This document shows positions 1 to 9,700 of a stretch of 35,834 bases of DNA, in pieces; the first letter of the stretch is position 1, and every line of letters starts with the position of its first letter. The notes under the pieces are model-generated. The model did not search any database, was not told the DNA's origin, and saw only the letters and a program-made list of their open reading frames with translations. This DNA comes from a virus (Duplodnaviria > Caudoviricetes): positions 1-35,834 of IMG/VR virus record IMGVR_UViG_3300005934_000013; one strand, given 5' to 3'. A program made the position numbers and the translations under genes.

Positions 1-28
1 GAAAAAAGGTTCTCACTAAGAGAACCTT
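1..28 (-). terminator. Rho-independent terminator downstream of tail tube gene
   Basis: Inverted repeat AAGGTTCTC (6-14) / GAGAACCTT (20-28) with a 5-nt loop. On the minus strand the stem is followed by a U-tract (A-run at 2-7), about 30 nt after the tube stop codon. Confidence 0.85.
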
Positions 29-60
29 CTTCAAATATATAGATAGTAGTGGATAATATC

Positions 61-549
61 TTAAAATTCTAAAATAGCGTAATCGTATGAAAGAGTTAAT
101 TCGATATCAGCTGGGTCATTAGATGCAAAATCTAAATCGTTGAAGTTAGCTGCCTGAATAAATGCACCTTTTAACTTCCATTGTTCGATTTTATCACCAA
201 CAGGCCCTAACATATAGAAATCGATATCTTTTTTGTAGAAATCTGCGTATCCTTTTCTACCAGTTAAAGATTCGTATCCTAATCTTACCCATTCCATAAC
301 CTGTTGTGCTCCAGAAGGAACAATTGGGTCATACAATGTGATTGTGATATCTTGCCACTCACCCTTACCTTGTAATTTTCTATAAGTGTTGATGTGGTCT
401 AACTTCACAGTTTCGAAATTGATAGATGGTCTAGCTGCAGTTTTAATCAAGTATGATTGAATACCATCAATCTCCATGATATACCTGTTCTTCATCTTCG
501 GTTCGAAGTTTGTGAACATCATTTCGTTAAATTCTAATACTTCTGCCAT
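61..549 (-). CDS. Tail tube protein (T4 gp19-like fold)
   Basis: 162 aa, immediately downstream of the sheath gene. Motifs FEPKxxNRY, GKGEWQDITITLYDPI and W.LKGAF...IELTLSYDYA are typical of myovirus tube proteins. GAGG SD-like motif upstream. Confidence 0.85.
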   Translation of the reverse strand: MAEVLEFNEMMFTNFEPKMKNRYIMEIDGIQSYLIKTAARPSINFETVKLDHINTYRKLQGKGEWQDITITLYDPIVPSGAQQVMEWVRLGYESLTGRKGYADFYKKDIDFYMLGPVGDKIEQWKLKGAFIQAANFNDLDFASNDPADIELTLSYDYAILEF

Positions 550-571
550 TTTATATTTCCTCTTTTATACT

Positions 572-580
572 AATAAATAT
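572..580 (-). promoter_or_regulatory. Candidate late promoter motif ATATTTATT (variant)
   Basis: One-base variant of the ATATTTATA motif found in other intergenic gaps, about 23 nt upstream of the tube ATG. Confidence 0.45.
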
Positions 581-598
581 TAGTTATCTATTTTTTTG

Positions 599-2911
599 TT
601 ATGCCGAGAACGATGCTCCAGTTGGTAAGATGTTGAAGTCAATTACAATGAATTCAGCTGTCTTAGCCGGTTGTAGGAAAATCTGTCCAGCAAGTATGTT
701 TCTATCAACTACATCAGGTGTGTTGTTAGTCTCATCCATAACCACTTTGAATGCGTACAATCCTTGTCTTTGTTGGATACCTTCTAAGTAAGGTTGTACA
801 GTGTTGATGAATCTACCTCTAGTCGATGCCGTATTTTGTTCGAATACTAAGAATCGAGATGTAGATGCCACAAATTTCTTAACATTGATTAATAATCTTC
901 TAACATTGATTCTATCTAATGCTGATGCTTTATCTTGCAATGTTTTCTGTCCAAATGCCACAATACCTTGTCCAGGGAATGCTGCGATTGGGTTTACTTT
1001 ATTTTCATATAGAGTATCTCTCTCCGAATGAGTCAATCTATTCAATACTGAAACTGCTCCGATGATTCCACCTCTATTTAAACCAGCAGGTGCGAACCAT
1101 TCAGCTGCGATAGCGTCATTAGCTGCATATACAGCAGGTAATAGTACTGAAGGTGGTACACTTACTAATTTGTTAGTGTTTGTATCTACTGTTTTAACCC
1201 AAGGATAGTAAGAACCTACATAATTAGAATCGATTGAGTTAGCTTGAGTAGTTACTTGTGCGATTGTATCGTTTACTGAAGTTAAATCAGAGATATAGAA
1301 ACAATCTTGTCTAGCTTCTACCATATCAATCACATCAGTAGTTACCGCTGGGTGTAATCTTCTTACGATACCCGGCGTTACTACCATATTAATATCAAAT
1401 TCATCAGCGTTTGAAATAGCATCGATTGCTTTCTTATATGCTACCGAACCACTAGCCGTTGAATCAGTTAAATCAAATCCTTGTGAGTTACCAGCTGAGA
1501 TTGATGCTCCTAAAGCAATTTCTCTAGCAGGACTCATTCCATCAAATCCACCTTGGAATCCTAATGTAAATTGTCTCTTAATCATATCAGCTGTTGCTGA
1601 ACCAGTCATTTCTAATGATAAACCTACACCAGTTACATTTCCATCAAATCCAAATGCTACATTTGAACCAACTCCTGTACTTTCAGGTATTGGGTTTAAG
1701 TAGTTTGCGTTATCATCCTTTACACCAATAGTTTCAAAATCGAAACCAGCATATTGATAAGGATTACCAGTTGTATTTGATGTTGAAGTTGTTTGGTAAA
1801 CTACTACTGGAACGATAGTTTCATCAGTTGCTTTGATTGGGTTAGTATATGCTCCATGTCCGAATGGTGCAGCTGATACAGGGTAAGAACCTTGTGCTCC
1901 ACATTGTACTCTAATATATGATGAGTTATTTATCCAATCACCATTTTCAGTAATTTTACCATTTGAATCAACAGTGTAATATCTATCACCAATTACTCTT
2001 GCGATGTAATTCGGAGAATCTGGGTCTAAGTTTACATTGTTGAAAGTTTCTAATACTACTTTTCTCTTATCAGTATCACTATAAGAACGGATAGTTATGC
2101 TGAATACTGAATAATCAGTTCCACCATCTTCACCCGCTGCTTTAACACCAGAGATAGAAACTTTAAATCTTTTATTTTCACCATTACCAGCTCCTAAAGT
2201 ATGGAACTTAAATAGGTCATATCTTTCACCGGAGATTAATTGTGATTTGACCCAAGGAGTTGATGCTGAACTCGCATCGTAAGTAAAGTTTTGAGTTGGA
2301 AGAGCTTCTGCTTGAACAGCTTCTCCATTAGCAACTGCTAAACTCATACCACTTACTGCATTTTTAAAGTAAGAATAAGCGTATGCATCTTTTGAACCTA
2401 ATGCAGATACTCCAAATACATCAGTTACATCATTGTTAGCTGATGAAAGTAATGAAGAAGATACTTCTCCAATACCACTACCACTTACTACAAATGAACC
2501 AGATGTAAGTTCTGATGAAGTTACTGTAAAACCACTAAACCCAACTTCTTCATCACCATTATTTGTTGAATGAAGAGATGCGATTAATTTTTTACTTCCA
2601 TCTGAACCACTAGCTACTAAACCAATAGGTGCTGCTTGTTGGTAACCACCTACTCCTGCTACTCTAACGATTGTTGCCGTACCAGCTTCTCTTAAATAGT
2701 TTTGTACTGCATAATCTGTATAGTATGTTCCATCAGGAGTACCAAATTTATCCTCAAACTCACTTTGAGTTCTAACGATTGTGGGAACAAACGCTGGTCC
2801 TTGTTTAAAAGGTCCGATGAACGCTGCTCCGATTTCTCCTACACCTTGTGCTAAGAACGATAAATCATTCTCTCTTGTGAATACACCAGGTGATACAATT
2901 CTTTCTGCCAT
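599..2911 (-). CDS. Contractile tail sheath protein
   Basis: 770 aa. N-terminal SPGVFTRENDLS and C-terminal WFAPAGLNRG, GQKTLQ...SALDRINVRRL, LQPAKTAEFI are hallmark sheath motifs. GGAG SD upstream. Confidence 0.95.
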   Translation of the reverse strand: MAERIVSPGVFTRENDLSFLAQGVGEIGAAFIGPFKQGPAFVPTIVRTQSEFEDKFGTPDGTYYTDYAVQNYLREAGTATIVRVAGVGGYQQAAPIGLVASGSDGSKKLIASLHSTNNGDEEVGFSGFTVTSSELTSGSFVVSGSGIGEVSSSLLSSANNDVTDVFGVSALGSKDAYAYSYFKNAVSGMSLAVANGEAVQAEALPTQNFTYDASSASTPWVKSQLISGERYDLFKFHTLGAGNGENKRFKVSISGVKAAGEDGGTDYSVFSITIRSYSDTDKRKVVLETFNNVNLDPDSPNYIARVIGDRYYTVDSNGKITENGDWINNSSYIRVQCGAQGSYPVSAAPFGHGAYTNPIKATDETIVPVVVYQTTSTSNTTGNPYQYAGFDFETIGVKDDNANYLNPIPESTGVGSNVAFGFDGNVTGVGLSLEMTGSATADMIKRQFTLGFQGGFDGMSPAREIALGASISAGNSQGFDLTDSTASGSVAYKKAIDAISNADEFDINMVVTPGIVRRLHPAVTTDVIDMVEARQDCFYISDLTSVNDTIAQVTTQANSIDSNYVGSYYPWVKTVDTNTNKLVSVPPSVLLPAVYAANDAIAAEWFAPAGLNRGGIIGAVSVLNRLTHSERDTLYENKVNPIAAFPGQGIVAFGQKTLQDKASALDRINVRRLLINVKKFVASTSRFLVFEQNTASTRGRFINTVQPYLEGIQQRQGLYAFKVVMDETNNTPDVVDRNILAGQIFLQPAKTAEFIVIDFNILPTGASFSA

Positions 2912-2953
2912 ATTATCTCCGTATTATTTAATAAACAATTTAGTTATTACTAC

Positions 2954-2962
2954 TATAAATAT
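2954..2962 (-). promoter_or_regulatory. Candidate late promoter motif ATATTTATA
   Basis: Exact motif in the gap upstream of the sheath gene, embedded in a 9-bp inverted repeat (2939-2947 / 2961-2969). Confidence 0.55.
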
Positions 2963-2988
2963 AACTAAAAGTTTGAAACCAACAATTA

Positions 2989-3378
2989 TTACTCTGAACC
3001 ACTAACTGGAGTTGGGGTTACAGAACCTGTTGACCAAGGTAAGTCTCCTTCACCGATTTCTTCACTAGCATCATCAACCTCGTCAATCTTCTTTTGGATT
3101 TGTTCTGAGATGTGGTCCCAATATCCAGTTGCTGGACTTGTTACCGAAGCGGATACCCATCCACATACTAACTCTTCTGTCAAATCTCCGAAAGCTACGA
3201 ACTCATCAGCTGAACCTGAATCGAAATCGATTGGAGTAGCTCCAACAAATCTTCCCTCAGTACCTGTTGTTGATTCTGTACCAGTACATGTCCATCTAAC
3301 GTGTAAAATCACATTCTCGTAATCACCTACTGTTTTTTTAGTCATTTGGGTTACACCCCAAGAATAAGTTACTGCCAT
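2989..3378 (-). CDS. Conserved phage hypothetical protein (129 aa), likely fibre-associated
   Basis: ORF track start at 3432 re-assigned to ATG at 3378 (MAVTYSW...), because the upstream extension runs through the AT-rich promoter motif. The YSW...VxWxCxG...F..LTEE.V.GWV...LPW pattern resembles small genes that follow phage fibre genes. Confidence 0.75.
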   Translation of the reverse strand: MAVTYSWGVTQMTKKTVGDYENVILHVRWTCTGTESTTGTEGRFVGATPIDFDSGSADEFVAFGDLTEELVCGWVSASVTSPATGYWDHISEQIQKKIDEVDDASEEIGEGDLPWSTGSVTPTPVSGSE

Positions 3379-3396
3379 TTTTATTTCTTTTTTATA

Positions 3397-3446
3397 TATA
3401 AATATATAGGTTGTCTCCCAAACGGAAAACAATCACCTATAAATAT
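3397..3446 (-). promoter_or_regulatory. Tandem candidate late promoter motifs ATATTTATA (3397-3405, 3438-3446) flanking a hairpin
   Basis: Two exact motif copies 41 nt apart, with an imperfect inverted repeat (3405-3441) between them. Confidence 0.5.
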
Positions 3447-3474
3447 AACCTAAGTTTTATAAACACAAATATTA

Positions 3475-3717
3475 TTAAGATATACTTCCTGAAGTTTCTA
3501 CGAAACTTGAAGATACATGCTCCCATGCTTGTTGAATGAATAAAGATTCACTAGCATATAAATCTGCTTCATTTACTTCATCATAAAAGAATTCTAAATG
3601 GTCTCTACTAATTTCAACACCATTTTCCATAAAAGAAACTCTTTTTACAACACCCAATGATGGATTTTGTACATTTATCTCTAATTTGTTTAAAACTACT
3701 ACTTTTTCTAATGCCAT
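3475..3717 (-). CDS. Small phage hypothetical protein (80 aa), likely fibre-associated
   Basis: ATG start 7 nt after the fibre stop codon. The MALEK...KLEI...ENGVEISR pattern resembles small genes seen downstream of S74-bearing fibres. Confidence 0.7.
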   Translation of the reverse strand: MALEKVVVLNKLEINVQNPSLGVVKRVSFMENGVEISRDHLEFFYDEVNEADLYASESLFIQQAWEHVSSSFVETSGSIS

Positions 3718-3724
3718 AATTATT

Positions 3725-6700
3725 TTATTTCTTTAATAATTCTTTCATCATCTCTTTCAATTCAGAAAGTTCTGACTTTAAATATTCAATTTCTTCTTTT
3801 TGAGATTTAACAATATCATTTTGTTCGTTGATTGCATTAACTAATAATGGAGTTAATCTATCGTAATCAACCGTCATATAATCATATCCCAATCGTTGAG
3901 CTTTTGGAGCTGGATGTACAATTTCAGGAAGAACTGATTTAACATCTTGTGCAGATACACCGACTTGTAGTTCATTTCCTTCATACCCAACTAAGTTAGC
4001 TTCTTTATTATTTCTATAATAGAAACCTCTCAACTTACCAACTTTATCAAGAGCGTTATCAATATCACCCTCAATATCTTTTAATCTTTCATCTGAGTAG
4101 TAAGCGATGACGTTACCTTCAGCGTAAAGAATATCATTAATTCTAAGACCAGAACCTTCAGTTCTTGCTTTCCAACCACCATTGTAGTGTAAGTAAGTGT
4201 GTGAGTTTCTGATGTATTGAGTCATCCACTCATTATTCACATCATTGTAAATACCAGCGGTAGAACTATTATCGTGCATAAATACAATTCTACCATTAAG
4301 AGAGAATCCATCCCATCCACCAATATTTCCATAAGTTGCAACAGAACCATACTCTCCACCTTCATCTTGTACTGAACGTACACCTGTTCCTCTATCTTGG
4401 AAGTATAAACCAGTACCACCTTGAGGTCTAAACCAATCGTTTGCGTAAACAGTCCGTAATTGAGTTGAACCAGCTGGGTCACAATAATAACCAGTATTAT
4501 TTGAATCATAATATCTACCAGCATACATTGAACCACCATTACCATCGTTAACATCTAACATTGGAATAGTTACCCAACCTCTCCATCCACTCCAAGAGCT
4601 TCTGAATCTCAAATTGGAAATAGGTCCACCAACCATTTGCCATCCATAACCACCAGTGTTAGAACTACGATAGTGGAATGCTTGTGCACCAACCCAGTGT
4701 GATGTACCTGAAGGTTGGTTATCTGGGTTACTCCAAGAATCGATGAATCCAGAACCCCAAGTTGAAACAACATTCATATCTTGTCTACCCCAACCATAGG
4801 CACCAGTCCAATAGTTAGTATCACTAGTTTGACGAGGTCTACTTCTATAATATTCACCACTATTTCTCGTATGACCTGGTAATCCCATATAAGCCATCGT
4901 TCTATTACTCACACCTTCAAATCTCGTAGAGTGTGCAGATGCACCATCAAAATAATAGCCAGTATTATTTGAATCATAGAAGATTGGTGCTCTTAACGAA
5001 TCTCCAGCTTGTAGGTTGTAGTTAACATACACATTGTTTCCACCCAATGGGTCAGTTGCGTTGTTAACAGACATTACCTGCGTTGCCATGTTGTAATCGT
5101 TGTAGAAACGCATACCATTGTAAGATGCATTTGCTCCAAACTTAATACCCGTATGGAATGCAATTCTTAAATCAGGGTACCGATAAGACCAACCACCACC
5201 TTCTCTGAAGATTGCGTATGCTGAACTTCTATCATTTGAGAAATAAATACCATATGTATGGTCGGTTGATACTCCATATCTATTTCTTAAATCGTTTGAA
5301 CGGAATGAATTAAATATCGATGTACTATTTGGGTCAGCGTAATAACCTGTATCGTTATTATCATAGAAAATAGGAGTTCTTACATCAGAATTATGTCTAA
5401 AGTAATCTGAGTTTAATCTCGCTACTTCATTATTTGAACCAGTACCAAATATTGTTGTTCCACCATCATAGTAGTTAATATATGTAGTATATCCACTAGC
5501 TGAATCTAAGTGTAAGTTACCATTTGTAGTTACTACCGATGCAACAGATGAGTTGTCTACATATTCTCTACCATTACCACCGACTTGTAAGTACCGTCCC
5601 CAACTATTGTTTGGTCCGATATAAATTCTTCCTCTTAATCTTAAAGCTTGTCCAGTTGAGTTAGGGTCTAAGTAATATCCTGTATCGTTATTATCATAGA
5701 AAAGTGGTGCTCTAAATGAACCTCTTGCTTGTACATATCCACTTTGAGTTTCTAATTCCCAAGTACCATTATATCTTAACTGAACATATGAGTTTCTATA
5801 CATTAAGATAGCCCACTCATTTTCGTAATCATTATAGATACCAGCAGCATTTGAGTTATCGTGCATAAATACCCAACCACCATTGATTGAATATCCAGCC
5901 CAACCACTTCTCGTTCTATCAACTCTCATTGTACCATAGTTACCACCTACAGTATCAACACCAATCCGAGCTTCTAATGTACTACCATCTGAATAGAAGT
6001 AAGTACCATTATCATTTTGGTGTCTAATTGCCCAACTTCCACCAGCATCTAAGAAACCGATTTCATTTGAGTTAGTTGCGTAAACATATCCTCTAGCTGA
6101 GTTACCAGATGTTGTGAATAAAATTTGTGCAGTTGATGAACTACCAGAATATAATCTCCATCGAGATGATGAATCAGAATACCAATGCATTCCAGTTGAT
6201 TGGTTGTATAAACCTTCACCACTATTATCGTTTCTAAACCAGTTTCTAGCGTAGATTTCAGTTGCTCTGAAATCATTGAAAGATGAGTAAGAACGAGGGT
6301 CAGCGTAATACCCCGTATCATCCGAATCGTAGAAGATTGGAGTTCTCATATCAGAATAGTGATATAAGTAATCCGAGTTTGCTCTCAACATTTCACTACC
6401 ACCTCGTAGGATTCTGAATGCATATGAGTTAGATGATGCCATTCTAAGGTCGATACCATAATCCAAGTTACCAGTGACAATCATACCCCAGTCATTGTTG
6501 TTTGGTTTGTTAATCCATAGGATTGCATCATCACCAGATGCTTGATTATCAACACCATCCAATCGTAGACCACTCATTCGAGAAGTATTTCTTGGATTTA
6601 CATAGAAACCACTATCATTTAAATCATAGTAGATTGGTGAGTTTACATAATCATAGAAAATACCCCAACCATCAACTCTCAAGTTTAGGTTACCAGTATC

Positions 6701-9700
6701 AGAACTCATTCTGAATTCACCAGCAGTTCCAATAAAATCAATACCTGGTTGAGAATCCCAATGAGTATTGGTTCTCAATCTCATTGTACCACTATGTGCA
6801 GGCATTCTGATTTCTGAACCAAAGTCTGCAAAGTATGCTGGATTATCGTGGTTATAGAATCTATCAGCATTAACATTATTGTAAGTAGAGTTATTACCAT
6901 TAACACCACTACCTAACAATTGTCTCCTTATACCACCAGGGTCAGAAACACTGTATTCAATATTACCAACAGTATTATTATTAAAGTTTAAATCGGATGA
7001 TATAGAAACTCTATATCTAACACCTTGTAGTAATTCCATATAGAACCAATAACCACCACTAGCTAAATCTCTTGGTCCAGCTGAACGTACAAAATATCCA
7101 TAAGGATTTTGGTTTGCATTATAAGAACCATGTTCAGTATAGAAGTACCAATAGTTTTCTTGTCCACTATGCCACTCTCTTGAGTTTATAATATATCTCG
7201 CAGTACAACCTCCATATGGATTGTTACTGTTATCATTGATTCTACGAGAAATTGCCATTTCAACAGGCATACCACCACCATTGAATCTACTAATATTAAA
7301 TCTTACCCAAGCATATGAACCATTAAATGAACCAGGTACATCAATATAATATTCTTTTTGATAAGTTTTTTGAATTTGAAGTGCATTTAGATTTGATGTT
7401 CCATTAGGGTCTACATAATATCCAGTATTATTTGAATCATAATAAATCGGAGAACGCATTTGTGCCGTAGCGTTAAATACTTCAGCATTTAATTGTGCGT
7501 TGTATTGACCTGTATCTCCATAGAAGGTAAAGTTTGCTCCAGTTCCATTTGGATTACCATCATCTACTCTAATTTCAGCATCAAATGATGTATTAATGAA
7601 TCCGATTCGGTTACCTGCAAGGGTAAGGGTGTTCATATGAGATTGAGATGCTGGATTTACATAATATCCAGTATCATTTGAATCATAGAAAATTGGTGCT
7701 CTTAAAGAGTTACCCGCCTGTAAGTAGTTGTTTACATAAATGTATCCAGAAGAATACATTTCCATATTTGTTCTACGAGTACCACCGGTATCAGTATTAT
7801 AGAAATAAGTGTGTCCAGCGGTTGAGAACCTCATATATGCCTGCCCAAAGTTGGTATTTGGTCTACCAAAGTAATATGCACCACCACCACCATTTAGGTT
7901 GTTATCCACATTGTATCCAAATCCTGCCCAATCCCAAGTGTTACCTGGTTCAGATGCCCACATTTGTAAAATAACTTCACCAGTACCAGCACCATTGTTA
8001 CCAGAAGGAAGCGATACTCTTAATGCAGAGTTACCATGGTCACCAATTACATGCAATCTCTTAGATGGTAATCCATATCCAACACCTAACTGCCATAATC
8101 TTGAATCACCATTAGGGTCAACTCTATATGCAGTATCGTTCCAATCATAATAAATTGGGTAATATGCATAATCATCAGAATTGTATGCAGAAATACCACC
8201 ATCAGTTCTTAATTGTTTATTAAAGTAGAATAATCCTCTATCAGTTTGGAAATGTGCATATGAAGTATTCATTGGCCCCATATCAACATAACCTGAATTA
8301 GTTCTCATTCTTAGTGCGTTACCATTACCTTCTTCTAACTGAGTATTTGAATCATTAATTTGGTATTCACCATAAACTCTAACACCGGCATCTATTGTTC
8401 TTAATCGTTCACCATCATTTTCATACAATCTAACATAAGTCCTAGCCGTATCGGTGTGCATGTAAAGAAGTGCTTGATTGGTACCTGATGTGTTTTCACC
8501 TTGGAAATAGAAGTTACCACCGGCATGGTTGTAGTTTCTAATATATAGGTGATTACCTGAATGATAAATTTGTTGGTCAGAACCATTACCGAACCGAAGA
8601 GTTTGACCATCTTGGAATTCCATATTGGCATAAATCTCAATCGGGTCATTAGCATCTGCATCAATGTATCCTCTAATATCCAATTGTCCATTTATCTGAA
8701 CATTGTTCATTATAGAGGTAGATGCGAAATCACCATAGTAAGCAGTATCATCACTATCGTAATAACGAGGTGCGTACATATCTTGTGCATTTACTGCAGT
8801 TCCACCGATTTGTACATTTCTCATTGTTACCGTTACCTTCTTAGAAGATGAAGGTTCGGTTGAGTTTGTGATAGATGTTACTCTATTTCTTGAATTTCCA
8901 CCAGCATCTCTTACTCTTACTTCAAATGAATTCCAATAAGATACTCTTGGCCACCAAAATGCAAGTGTACCACCATTATCAAATACTTTCATTGTAGAGA
9001 ATCCTGCTTTACCAATATGTAAACCAGAATAATTGATAATAGTGTTGTTATATAAGTAACCCTGAACCATAAAGTTAAATGGTGGGTCTGATGAATAACT
9101 TTTACCAGTTGCTTCTAATACAAACGATGCCCCATTTGTGGTATTTGAAGTAATATCAGTTTGTACTAATGTTCCAGATGTAAAATCAGAACCAGAATGT
9201 TTTTTATGTATGTATTCACTACCATATATGTTTTGTGCATGATACAATACAGAAGTTGAAGTAGGGTCTGCGTAATAACTCGTATTATTTGTATCATAGA
9301 AAATAGGTGCTCTTTTAGAATTTTCAGAGAATGAGTTACCACTACTATCGAAATAAGTTCTATTTGAACCACCCCCACCAGGTCTTAATTCTAAATTACC
9401 ACCATTATATGATGCAATATCCCAAGAAGTTGCCCCATTATCTTGTAATCGTACATAAGACCAGTTATTATTAGAATCCAAATCAATTCTAGCATATGAT
9501 GAACTATCAACTCTAAACCCATCTGCTCTAGTAGTTCTTATTTGACCTAATGTTTGGAAAGATACTCCTGTCGTGTTAGGGTCTACATAAGTTCCAGTAT
9601 CATTTGAATCATAGAAAATAGGTGCTCTTGATGATGCTGATGAGTAACTATTACCCGATGTATCTACTCTGAATCTAAATGTAGTACCTGTGGTAAATTG

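Noticed and set aside
3379-3432. 18-aa N-terminal extension of the 147-aa ORF call
   Set aside because: It starts at a non-ATG codon and crosses the promoter motif and hairpin. ATG 3378 is the more plausible start.
4180-5900. DGR template/variable repeat pair or invertase shufflon
   Set aside because: Mismatches between the duplicated modules are not adenine-specific and all cassettes are in direct orientation. There is no reverse transcriptase or invertase in the window.
801-9378. Short alternative-frame and antisense ORFs inside the sheath and fibre genes
   Set aside because: They are fully nested in well-supported genes, with no recognisable motifs.
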